Shown here: piece after piece, positions 1 through 14,262 of the stretch
How positions within the stretch are numbered: position 1 is the stretch's first letter
Layout of the letters: every line of letters begins with the position of its first letter
DNA from: Eledone cirrhosa
Taxonomy: Eukaryota
NCBI GenBank assembly: GCA_964016885.1
Contig: CAXHJY010001535.1
Location: forward strand, 1-44,654
Direction of reading: 5' to 3'
DNA length: 44,654 bases
Translations under genes and position numbers: made by a program
The notes under the pieces: generated by a model
Databases searched by the model: none
The model's input: the letters and a program-made list of their open reading frames with translations, nothing else
What the model was told of the DNA's origin: nothing

Positions 1-347
1 ACATACTCAAATACACACACATATATTCACAATGACAGATACACTATATAATATAAAATAATGTAATATAACACAGTATAATATAATGTAATGTAACATT
101 AGATATATAACCAAGTAGTGCATATAATATAATAAAAAGATCTCCAACCTATATATAATAATAGAACTATACAATAGCTAAAATATATACAATGAAAGGA
201 GGGATGGTAATATCTAATGAAGCATGTAATATACAGTATAATGAACTGAATCTAAAGAAAAGTACTTTATATCGATAAATCTAAGAAAAATACTATATAT
301 GTATGTATATATATATATTATATATATATACACATATACACATTTAT

Positions 348-378
<31 letters not shown>

Positions 379-811
379 ATTATACTTTAATGTATATGAA
401 TATAGAGGTAAATACTTATAGACGTACGTACACACAGACACACACACACACATATATATGTATACATAGTTTACATGCTTTTCTGGATTTATGTGGATAT
501 ACATATATTTGTATGTAGTATATCTCCATAGGAACATAAATAGGAATACATATACACATATACACACATATTTTTGAACATAAGAATTGAATAGAATTAA
601 AAAGTGTAGGAGAAATAATAATACAAATATAACAAATACGCCTTTGTATTTTAATTCAATTTTTATGTTACATTCCGGTGAACATGTATTTGTATGAATT
701 TATGTATGTGTATATGTATATATGTATGTATGTTTAGACGTATGTATATGTATGATTCATATTATGTATGTATGTATTTTTTTATGTATGTATGTAGGTA
801 TGCATATATAT

Positions 812-863
<52 letters not shown>

Positions 864-1016
864 TACCTATCTACATATATACATATCTACATAATACATG
901 CCACTATATATATATATATATATAGTGGTAGAACACTGAAAGGTAATATCCGTAGTGGTAGAGCACTCAGTCCATGGGACGAATTAGGTAGAAGTGGTTA
1001 CACAACAGTTAGTTCA

Positions 1017-1067
1017 CCATACCGAGAACAATTTGTTTCACCTTAGCGGATCCTCAGCTCGTAATGG
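1017..1067 (-). ncRNA. Type I hammerhead ribozyme
   Basis: Minus: CCAUUACGAG-CUGAGGA-U CC GCUAA GG U-GAAA-CAAAUUG-UU-CUCGGUAUGG; stem I CGAG/CUCG plus CCAU/AUGG, stem III ACAA/UUGU; GUU triplet. Confidence 0.75.
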
Positions 1068-1230
1068 ACATGGTTATAGGGAACAGGAAGAACAACCGTA
1101 CGAACGCGCATGCGCAGAAACCGTCACTTCACACAGGCAATACTAAAAAGCCTGCGAGATTGGTAAGGGAGATAACTGGGAAAGTCCGAAAAGTTTCTAG
1201 TTGATAAGAAAATTAGGATGTTATTGTGAT

Positions 1231-1445
1231 TCAATCCGGAGCTTTGTAGCTATGTAAGACGTGTTTCGAGACGTGTGGACAACGTGTGAAGAATTCATTT
1301 TTCGTGTTTAGGCAATCACTATTGCATAATCTCTTTAAATATTTATTCGTTCATCAATACATAGTCCACACGACGGATTTCCCCTTGCGTATGGGTTGGA
1401 CTTAGTGATGGCTTTCCATTGAATGGAGTAGTCTAAACTGCACTT
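1231..1445 (-). pseudogene. Decayed C-terminus of a Penelope-like element protein (Cys/His-rich region following the GIY-YIG endonuclease core)
   Basis: Translation KCSLDYSIQWKAITKSNPYARGNPSCGLCIDERINI*RDYA/(frameshift)DCLNTKNEFFTRCPHVSKHVLHSYKAPD*. It fits the W-x-I...PY...CxLC-x-x-E...LN-x-x-x-E...C-x-H pattern I recall at PLE ORF ends. One internal stop and one frameshift. Confidence 0.7.
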
Positions 1446-1594
1446 TCTTATATATATATATATATTAGAAAGTGAAGTTTTTTTTACAAATGAAAAATAA
1501 CGGAGGTGACCAACATGAGTGAAAGTATAAGGAAAGAAGATAAATCGAAAATGCAACTGGAGTCTTTTTTTTTTTAAATATATATTTATTTGGT

Positions 1595-1634
1595 TATTTT
1601 ACCGGTTTCGCAGTTCTTCTGCTTTTCAAATGTA
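1595..1634 (-). ncRNA. Hammerhead U3:A8 variant, stem I decayed
   Basis: Minus: UUGAAAA-GCAG AAGAA CUGC-GAAA-CCGG-UA. Confidence 0.5.
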
Positions 1635-2766
1635 CAATTGAGATGGAGGGTCTGTTTTTTTTCTCACATCTGGTTGGTCTTTGAATGTTACTTCTGTTTT
1701 ATATGGAAAAAAGTGGCTCGAAAGGCCCTGTTTTTAGAGAAGTAATTTGGTTGTTTGGTGAATAAATATAATAAATTTCGCGCAAGTTCGCGTTACAAAG
1801 TCCTTCAAACAAAGAGGGGGGGGGGGGCTCAGGTTGTGTTTTCATATATGAGTGAAGTTTGGTTGGTTGGTTGATGCAGTCAATAAGCACATCAGCTTTC
1901 GCGCCAGTTTGTGTTTGAATTTCTTTTTACTTAAAAAAAGGTGGCTCACGAAGGCTTTTTTAAAAAAATGTTATTCGATTGGTTATAAATGAAATTATGG
2001 CTGTCACGTGAACCAGTACATTAAATTTCGCGCCCGTAATTTGGAATTTCTTTATAGCCATTTAGAGAATTTTGTGCCAAACAAAAGGTAATGGTCAAGA
2101 AAAAGATATATATATTCTCAATATATACACACATATATATATTCTTTCCATCTTAACACGCTAACAATACCCCCCCCCACACACAAGCACACAAATAAAC
2201 ATACATATCTCTACTTTCTTTATTTCAATAGAAAGTCTGAATTCTGACACCCAGCGCACCAGCCTTATTCACTGAACTAGAACAATTCTCCCCATCCCAT
2301 TTTCTTGACCATTATCTTTTGTTTGGCACAAAATCTCTAAAAGGCTACAAAATAAATTCGTAAATATTCGCGAAATTTAATGTACTTGTTTACGTTAGTC
2401 ATAATTTCATTTATAACTAATCAAATTACATTTACAAAAAAAAAGCCTTCGTGAGCCACCTTTTTTTAAGTAAAAAGAAATTCAAACACAAACTGGCGCG
2501 AAAACTGACGTGTTTATTCACGTGACTGCATCAACCAACCAAACTTCACTAATATATGAAAAAATAACCTGAGCTCCCCCTCCCCCCTTTGGTCGTAGAA
2601 CTTTGTAACGCCAACTGGCGCGAAATTTATTATACTTATTCACCAACCAACCAAATTACTTCTCTAAAAACCTGGCAGTTCGAGCCACTTTTTTTCCATA
2701 TAAAACAGAAGTAACATTCAAAGACCAACCAGATGTGAGATAAACCACAGACCCTCCGTCTCAATC

Positions 2767-2807
2767 TCCTTTTGAAAAGGCAGAAGAACTTCGAAACCCG
2801 TAAAGGA
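2767..2807 (+). ncRNA. Hammerhead U3:A8 variant, stems II/III partly decayed
   Basis: UCCUU-UUGAAAA-GGCAGAAGAACUUC-GAAA-CCCG-UA-AAGGA; AATAAA at 2811. Confidence 0.5.
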
Positions 2808-2870
2808 ACCAAATAAATATATACTTTAAAAAAAAAAGACTCCAGTTGCATTTTCGATTTCATCTTTTTT

Positions 2871-2925
<55 letters not shown>

Positions 2926-3548
2926 CCTGTCTGTCTGTATGTATGTATGTGTGTTTATACTTATAATTTGGATGGCTAGAAATATGTTTATTCAGCTTTT
3001 TATTCTATACTTGAATAAACGTAGACTGTAGATATTATTTGTTAAAGTTTCTACATAAATTCCATTTCACAACCTTCACCATCTTAGAAACTATGATCTA
3101 TCCAAGACTATGGTAAAAGCTCAAGTCAATTGTACCTTGCAGCAAACATCTTAATTACAGTATGTCAGGGAAATTGTCAGATTGCAAAATGCGAAGAAGT
3201 AAGATAGATATAGCTTTCGTGTGAGTCGAGTATAACTTTTATAGTAGTTTCGAAGGTTTAAAGCGCGATATAATGGCTTTGGCAAAGGTTCTATACGTCA
3301 GAATTGTACATTACAGTCTTGTCACGTAGAAAACAAACGTTATTTAATCAAATGTGCTATTAGTGAATTCCGTTGGTTATTCCATCAATTATGAAATAAC
3401 AGGTTCGACTACTCTGCATAACTTATTCGGAATAGAAACTTTATTGAAGAAAAGATTGTCTGAAATTCAATGAGCCATACCATTGAACACTGAAATTTGT
3501 CAGCGAGTTATGTTAAATATACAGGTGATTGTGGAATATACAAATACT

Positions 3549-3731
3549 TGTTTCTACTTTAGGCACAAGGCCAGCAATTACCCAGTGCATTACTGGTACT
3601 TTATTTTATCGACCCCGTAAGGATGAAAGGCAAAGTCAACCTCGGCGGGATTTGAACTCAGATCGTAAAGGGACGTAACTATGCTTGAAAGCATGGCGTC
3701 CGACCCTCTACCGATACTGCCAATCACCGCC
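3549..3731 (-). mobile_element. tRNA-type SINE (family A), full length with 20-bp TSD
   Basis: B-box-like GAGTTCAAATCC on minus strand; TTGTGGAATATACAAATACT at 3529-3548 and 3732-3751; many homologues in window. Confidence 0.85.
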
Positions 3732-3772
3732 TTGTGGAATATACAAATACTGAAAGGCTAATAGATACATAT

Positions 3773-7170
<3,398 letters not shown>

Positions 7171-7210
7171 TATTAAAATAAATGGAAAACTATATTTATA
7201 AAACCCTATC

Positions 7211-7276
7211 TATTTCATTATATATATTTCGGGATATCATATTAACAATATGCTATGCCTTCATCAGACCAAAATA
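7211..7276 (-). ncRNA. Type I hammerhead ribozyme
   Basis: Minus: UAUUUUGGU-CUGAUGA-AGGCAUAGCAUAUUGUUAAUAUGAUAUCCC-GAAA-UAUAUA-UA-AUGAAAUA. Confidence 0.75.
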
Positions 7277-7441
7277 CAATATAAACCAGTTTTATAGATA
7301 AATATATTCGACATACCGTAATAAACATCAACTTCATTGAAGAGGTTTACTCTAGCAGACTGCTAGAGTAACCTCTTCAACCTGAAGTTGATGTTTATTA
7401 CGGTATGTCGCATATATTTATCTATAAAACTGTTTATATTG

Positions 7442-7506
7442 TATTGTGTCTGATGAAGGATAGCATATTGTTAATATGATATCCCCGAAATATATATAAT
7501 GAAATA
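7442..7506 (+). ncRNA. Type I hammerhead ribozyme
   Basis: UAUUGUGU-CUGAUGA(7450)-A GGAUA GCAUAUU GUU AAUAUG AUAUCC CC-GAAA(7487)-UAUAUA-UA-AUGAAAUA; palindromic stem III, AUA site. Confidence 0.75.
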
Positions 7507-7655
7507 GATAGGGTTTTATAAATATAGTTTTCCATTTATTTAATAATGTAAATATACTCCAATATTTGTCGAGTGCTTTTATATCAGTTATAAATATTTA
7601 CTAGTTGTAACCCAACAATTTTAAATATAACTTTACATGTATATATATATATATG

Positions 7656-7706
<51 letters not shown>

Positions 7707-7712
7707 GTATAA

Positions 7713-7746
<34 letters not shown>

Positions 7747-7786
7747 GTATAAATATATATATATATGTATATATATATATGTATAA

Positions 7787-7850
<64 letters not shown>

Positions 7851-7853
7851 GAT

Positions 7854-8066
7854 ATATAATCAGTTACAGCAGCGACATATGCAAATACTGAAGTTTCAAT
7901 CTGTCTTATTGTGATGGTGTACTACATCACATCATGGAAGACAAATTAAGCTGACTTAAATCCAACGAAACTTAAATATTTACATATGCCACTCTTGTAA
8001 CTGATTATACATAACTCCTCCGACGGACTGAGTACACTATACCCTGGATACTTTGAAAGTTGTTCT

Positions 8067-8070
<4 letters not shown>
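7854..8070. mobile_element. Older fold-back element (arms ~7854-7897 and ~7967-8009) with HHR 3' halves and tail 8010-8070
   Basis: ATAATCAGTTACA..CATATGCAAATACTGAAGTTTC vs GAAACTTAAATATTTACATATG..TGTAACTGATTAT; minus strand has long hairpin + GAAA-CUUCAG-UA, but no intact CUGANGA. Confidence 0.65.
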
Positions 8071-8128
<58 letters not shown>

Positions 8129-8153
8129 TGTAATAAACAACATAAGATAATTA

Positions 8154-8213
8154 TTTCATTTACCAGTGGTTTCTTGAAAGCAAACAAATCTGCTTTTAGT
8201 CGTCAGAATGAAA
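8154..8213 (-). ncRNA. Type I hammerhead ribozyme
   Basis: Minus: UUUCAUU-CUGACGA-CUAAAAGCAGAUUUGUUUGCUUUCAA-GAAA-CCACUGG-UA-AAUGAAA; 7-bp perfect stem I, GUA site. Confidence 0.85.
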
Positions 8214-8378
8214 AATTCCTGGTGTTTTTATTGAAAGTTGATTAAAAATATGAAAGTGAGGCTGAGGGAAGAGAAAAAAAGATTATAAATAATAAGTACA
8301 TAAACACACACACACACACACATTAAACATGTATATATATAAATAAATATACACATACACACACACAAATATACACAT

Positions 8379-8437
<59 letters not shown>

Positions 8438-8828
8438 TACATACATATAAATACACACTTTATATACAAATAAATAAAAATAAATAAACAAACATATACA
8501 CACTCGACCACGCGCATATACTTCAAAATAAGCTTGTGACCTGTCGAGTGTGTATATGTTTGTTTATTTATTTTTATTTATTTTTATATACATGTGTGTA
8601 TATATATTTATGTATGTGTTTATATATATATATATATATGTGTGGGTATGTGTATTTATGTGTGTGTATGTGTATATTTATTTATATATATATATATATG
8701 TATAATTGTGTGTGTGTTTGTGTTTATATACTTATTATTTATAATCTTATTTTCTTCTTCCTCAACCTCACTTTCATATTTCTTATATTTTTGTTTTCCA
8801 ATCCACTTTGAATAAAAACACCAGGATT

Positions 8829-8887
8829 TTCCATTCTGACGACTGAAAGCAGATTTGTTTGCTTTCAAGAAACACTGGTAAATGAAA
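8829..8887 (+). ncRNA. Type I hammerhead ribozyme (1-nt deletion in stem III)
   Basis: UUCCAUU-CUGACGA(8836)-C UGAAAGCA GAUUUGUU UGCUUUCA A-GAAA(8869)-CACUG-GUA-AAUGAAA. Confidence 0.75.
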
Positions 8888-8990
8888 TAATTATCTTATG
8901 TTGTTTATTACATAACTAATAAGCTCTGTAAGCTGCATAGAGCACTCTTTTTTCATGTACCTTTCGACGGAATTACTTCATTTACGCACG

Positions 8991-9029
<39 letters not shown>

Positions 9030-9464
9030 GCCAAAATATGGGGAATTTCCCTTGTGACTTATGCATGTGCGTTTACTAACTTCTGCGTCACTCGCAAAAT
9101 AGGTTACAGAGCAAAATTACCTGTTGATAACGTGATATTCTTTCGTCGATCTTTATGCTGAAAGCTTATAGTTTTAAGCAGACATATTATTGATTTAGGT
9201 GTCATAGAAACACTACATTTGGATTTTAGCACCAATTCCATTTGGGTCCAGGTCGGTTTTTATCATTTATTTTGTTTGACCTGTTTAGCTTATTTGTTTT
9301 TTTGGCTAAGGTGGTTAATGCCTTCTTAACAACTTTTCCAGTTTGTATGGCGTTTTAACTTATTGTTTAGCTCTAGCTTTTTTAACTATTGAGCGCTTGC
9401 CAGCATTTCTACGATTTTGCGTTTCGTTTCGCTTTTTCTACCAGCTGAAATACAATTCTCGCTG

Positions 9465-9513
<49 letters not shown>

Positions 9514-9777
9514 AAATTTAGTACAGCATCAACGAAGCCATGGTTGCAGCCAAGTTATTGAATGCAGTTTCGGTGTGCAGCAAAGCACTCGGATAGGGTA
9601 TATAACCCTAGAGTTATAACATTACGTTTAGACAGCTTTGCAAAATGAATACAGCGACCGATAGAAGGGATATATATATATATATATAAACAGTTCTATT
9701 CCTGTAGGAACCATTTCTATATTAAATTTGTTATATACACTCTACTATTGCATTAAGTACCTTACTTGCTGTGGTTG

Positions 9778-9848
<71 letters not shown>

Positions 9849-10205
9849 AGTGTGTATTTATATATAAGTTTAATCATCGACCGTATGTATTCGCATTTGG
9901 AATTGACATACGACAAGTCATAAATGCAGTCTTAAAACGATGATCATCCAGTAACAAAAATAATTAATGGAATTGTGTGTCGTCTAACAAGTTTCATTTC
10001 GTTTCACATCACTTTAAATAGTTTGATCATCAACCTACATAAGTCTTACTTCCATCCTGTCACATGCATTTGTTTAATGATTTCCTCTTGTCACTATTCT
10101 CCCGAATTCACTTATTCCTGATATATAAGATATTCTCCACAGACACGTAAATACAAACACATACATATAATCACGTGTATATATATCTATATGTATCTAT
10201 ATATA

Positions 10206-10238
<33 letters not shown>

Positions 10239-10248
10239 CTATATATAT

Positions 10249-10335
<87 letters not shown>

Positions 10336-10348
10336 ATATATATATATA

Positions 10349-11061
10349 TATCTTATGTTAACTATTTTCCCATTTTCACGCTATAATCACATATATGTTA
10401 TGGAATACTGTTAGCTTCTCGCTACAAAAATTTCTATATTTTTCATTTATATTTATTTCCTAGAGTGCTTAAATTATTTGTGACTAATCCCGGTATTTTT
10501 TGGGGAAAAGACCGCGATGATATTGCTTTTTGCTGAACTCCTTTTGTAGAGTTTTCTTTCGGAATGTTTTTGACTGTTGTTTGATGTAAACAAACATTTG
10601 TCTCATTCTGACGTCACCAGCCCTGTTTTTCCACATGTGCGTTTATTTTAATAATCACGCATGATGTTTTAAACTAGCCTGCTTTTAAATTCCCTTTTTG
10701 GCATATTACCAGTGAGACCTTGGTTACCATGTTGAGCTCTGCTTATGAACGAAATACAACCGTGACCATCCCCACTGAAAGTTTTCGTGAAATAGTCTTT
10801 TCAAGACTATACAGAGCATTTGAAGTTGTCCCAATTGAAAGTTGAGTACTTTAGACTTTGTTTTATCATGAGTTAAGGCTCTATTGATTTTTCATGGATT
10901 TCTCTACATTCTGTTGGATAAATTTATATCCTGATTCCTTCTGAATTATTTTTCCCCATATCTTATGTTAACTATTTTCCCATTTTGACGCTATAGTCAC
11001 ATATATGTTATATGTTATGGAATACTGTTAGCTTCTCGCTACAACAATTTCTATACCTTTC

Positions 11062-11113
<52 letters not shown>

Positions 11114-11182
11114 TATATATATATAATATAAATGAAAATAGAGAAATTAATGTGAGCAAGAAGCCAACAGTATTTCATAATA
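10349..11182. repeat. ~105-bp direct repeats (10349-10452, 10959-11068) around ~500 bp, plus an inverted partial third copy (11128-11182); flanked by (TA)n
   Basis: TCTTATGTTAACTATTTTCCCATTTT...GGAATACTGTTAGCTTCTCGCTACAA twice; AATGAAAATAGAGAAATT..AGAAGCCAACAGTATTTCATAA is the reverse complement. Confidence 0.85.
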
Positions 11183-11952
11183 TATATATATATATATTAT
11201 ATATTATGAATATATAATATATATATATAATATTTATATATAATATATATAATATTTATATATAATATATATATATAATATATATAATATTTATATATAA
11301 TATATATATATAATATATATAATATATATATTATATATATATAATATATATATATATATATACGCATACATATATAAATGAATATAGAAATCGCTTTCTC
11401 TGTCCGTCAGTCTATACATACACACACACGTGCGCGCGCACATATAAATATAGATATATGTGTGTTTGTATGAGTGAGTGTGTGTGTGTATGTATGTGTT
11501 GGAGGTGCGTGTATACATATGTTTATACTCTCAAACTCCAACATATATACTGCTTTCATTCGTCTATACAATCGCAAACTATTCCCTTAAATCATACACA
11601 CTTTACTGTAAATGTTTATATTTATTACTATACATCTCTTATTCTCTAGAATGTCTACCAACATTTACTATAATTTAGGTCACATACCTCATCAAACGAT
11701 ATTCTAATGATCAATTAAGTATTCTTACACGAACGATGCTGTTCCAACACTAGTCAATCAAATAAGAATTTTACATTTCCTTAATGATTAGGCTATTTTG
11801 AGTACTTCATATCTTGCCAATTATTTCAACCAATGGGCCACCAGGTCAGCTTTGTATAGAGTTTCTTACTAAACTACACTTTAATCCCTCGCGTTAAAAT
11901 TCCGGTATGAAATCAATTTTGCCCGGCTCTCGTATCATTTTCTTTTTATGCA

Positions 11953-12110
11953 TTAACCCTTTCGTTACCATATTTCTATGCATGATCTTCAAAGAATTAG
12001 AAAATTACCAAGAATTTGGAAGTATAACTAACATTTTTCATTTTAAGCCGGTTTTTGGAATAACGGAACCAAGGTTCTTATATAAAATGACCATGGAATG
12101 TTTTCAGATA
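11953..12110 (+). mobile_element. Fragment starting with a piggyBac-like terminus (TTAA-CCCTTT)
   Basis: TTAACCCTTTCGTTACCATATTTCT; similar start TTAACCCTTTT at 25270; matching second end not identified. Confidence 0.4.
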
Positions 12111-12279
12111 AATATAAGTATTATATAAGAAAGAGGTTTTTTTATAATAGAACCAACGCATTTCTAGGGCATTATTAAATCTGGCGGAGCCATCTCTTCT
12201 CCAGGTCTAAATACAGCTGATTTATTCTAGAGAAGGATAGAGTGGGAGAATATGGAAGTGAGAAAGAAATATAGAGGAA

Positions 12280-12440
12280 GAATCGACCTTAGTACTGGAT
12301 TGGTACTTGTATATCGACCTCGAATGGATGAAAGGCAAAGATAACCTGGTCGCGATTGAAACTGAAATCATAGAGTGCCGGAACAAATACTGCAAAGCAT
12401 TCTGTCTGAAGTTCTAACGACTCTGTCAATTCGCCGCCCG
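12280..12440 (-). mobile_element. SINE family A, diverged
   Basis: TGGTACTT..ATCGACCTCGAATGGATGAAAGGCAAAG..TTCGCCGCC. Confidence 0.75.
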
Positions 12441-12720
12441 TAATAGCAATTACTAAATGTATACTAACCGGCGAAGTATTGAATTTTACGTCGAAAAGTT
12501 AATAGAAAAAGCTAAAAACATCGTGACGTCAGTTACTGTTTTTGCTTGTAAAAATAACTTTATAGAATGAACTCTAATTACCGAAATTGACGTTAAAAAT
12601 ACTTAAAATTCAAATGATAATAGACAGAAATAGCTCGCAGATCTGACTAAAAGGCATTGTTCGTGCAAAGCTCGATAAAAATTAAATGAATTCATGGTTA
12701 GAGCAATAAGATGTTATAAT

Positions 12721-12908
12721 TTCTACTTTTAGCACAAGGCCATCAATCATTCCAGTGCATTACTGGTACTTTATTTTATCGACCCCATAAGGATGAAAGG
12801 GAAAGTTAACCTCGGCAGGATTTGAGCTCAGACCTTAAAGGGACATAACTCTATGCTGCAAAGCATAGCGTCCGACCCTCTACCGATACTGCCAATCCAC
12901 CGCCGTTT
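12721..12908 (-). mobile_element. SINE family A, full length with 15-bp TSD
   Basis: Highly similar to 3549-3731; ATAAGATGTTATAAT at 12706-12720 and 12909-12923. Confidence 0.88.
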
Positions 12909-13026
12909 ATAAGATGTTATAATGAAATATAATCATAGTTAACGCAAAAGGGCACGCACATACCTATCTATCTATCTTTCTATCTATCTATCTGACTATC
13001 TACATGACTCTTTATCCACCCCTGTC

Positions 13027-13072
<46 letters not shown>

Positions 13073-13235
13073 TATCGGCTAAAAGAAACTACATCTCCGG
13101 TGCTATTTGTCGATTCGTAAATCTTAACAGAAAAAGGCGGGCATGTAGCCCGATTGACCAAATATTGTAAAGCATCCTGTCCGATTCGTTAACAATTCCA
13201 CCTATCCATTGTCTCATTGACTGAAGACATTTCTG

Positions 13236-13300
13236 ATCGATCCCGAAAAGATGAAAGGCAAAGTTCACTTCGGCAGGATTTGAAACCAAACAGCTGGAAC
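13236..13300 (-). mobile_element. SINE family A fragment
   Basis: ATCGATCCCGAAAAGATGAAAGGCAAAGTTCACTTCGGCAGGATTTGAA. Confidence 0.7.
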
Positions 13301-13607
13301 AAATGTTATCTTTTGACCGGACTCCACACATAGTTAATACTTATACATCAATGCCTGTGTGGGTCCTTAAACACATGATTCAATCGTAGAGGCACCATAG
13401 TTATATAAGGCACGTTTTTACCATCCAAACTAGTGTCTACCAAAGAAAGAGAGATAGCGAAAATCGAGTATAGATCAAGAACCGCCTCCAGTACTTGGTT
13501 TGAACTTTATTTATCAATTTTGAAAGAATGAATGACAAATATGATCTCGATAATATCGATTTATGCATAAAACATTCTAATTTAATAATTTAAACAAGAA
13601 GAATATT

Positions 13608-13842
13608 AATACATACATACATACATACATACATACATACATGCATGCATACATACATACATACATACATACATACATACATACATGCATGTATGCATGC
13701 ATACGTACGTACGTACGTACGTATGTATGTATGTATGTATGCATGCATGTATGTATGTATGTATGTATGTATGTATGTATGTATGTATGTATGTATGTAT
13801 GTATGTATGTATGTATGTATGTATGTATGTATGTGTATGTAT
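13608..13842. repeat. (ATAC)n switching to (GTAT)n across a palindromic (ACGT)n centre
   Basis: Directly visible inverted tetranucleotide array. Confidence 0.95.
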
Positions 13843-13978
13843 ATTTTCAGTTAAAAAATAAACGAGAATATCGCAGAAATGCAAAATCACAAAGTCATAT
13901 TAGGTTCAGTTTTGGAAATGAACATAGGTAAAGAACAAAGAAAAAGGAACCACACACACACACACACATATATATGTG

Positions 13979-14018
<40 letters not shown>

Positions 14019-14109
14019 TATATACATATTTGTGCGTTTCTGTGTGTGTCTATCTCTATCTCACTTTCTCTCTCACACTCTCTCCTTCTCTCTCTTTCTC
14101 ACTCTCTCT

Positions 14110-14140
<31 letters not shown>

Positions 14141-14230
14141 AATACATATATATATACATGTGTGTGTGTGAGTATATGTGCGTGAATATGTGTGTGTGAG
14201 TGTGTGTATCACACACTCACACACACACAT

Positions 14231-14262
<32 letters not shown>

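Larger units (their letters stand above)
922..1448 (-). mobile_element. 5'-truncated Penelope-like retroelement fragment (ORF C-terminus + 3' pLTR with hammerhead), between two (TA)n tracts
   Basis: Minus strand reads decayed ORF end (1445-1231), then ~160 bp UTR, then HHR (1067-1017), then tail, then (TA)n at 905-923; (TA)n also at 1449-1465. Confidence 0.75.
1466..2875. mobile_element. Large fold-back element: diverged inverted arms ~1527-2104 and ~2300-2875, ~195 bp spacer, extra tail 1466-1526; HHR (U3:A8 family) near each outer end
   Basis: Arms are reverse complements, e.g. GAATTTCTTTTTACTTAAAAAAAGGTGGCTCACGAAGGC (~1917-1955) vs GCCTTCGTGAGCCACCTTTTTTTAAGTAAAAAGAAATTC (~2445-2483); (TA)n on both sides. 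Confidence 0.9.
7171..7637. mobile_element. Near-perfect ~375 bp palindrome (axis 7359) with two outward HHRs, plus 3' tail 7546-7637
   Basis: Centre CTCTAGCAG-A-CTGCTAGAG; arms 7171-7358 and 7360-7545 differ mainly by small indels; (TA)n on both sides; related copy at 34450-34716. Confidence 0.92.
8123..8960. mobile_element. ~800 bp fold-back element (arms 8123-~8508 and ~8543-8918, with internal microsatellites) with two outward HHRs and a 3' tail
   Basis: TAGTTATGTAATAAACAACATAAGATAATTATTTCATTTACCAGTG mirrored at ~8873-8918; inner CACACTCGAC / GTCGAGTGTG. Confidence 0.9.

Noticed and set aside
3640-3731. Possible tRNA gene (A/B boxes)
   Set aside because: No cloverleaf; it is the head of a multicopy SINE.
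9555-9600. Minus-strand hairpin + GAAA-CUGCA-UUC in a (TA)n-flanked island
   Set aside because: No CUGANGA box; could be a very old HHR but is unsupported.
13220-13255. CTGAAGA...CGAAA
   Set aside because: No stem II; GAAA belongs to the SINE body.
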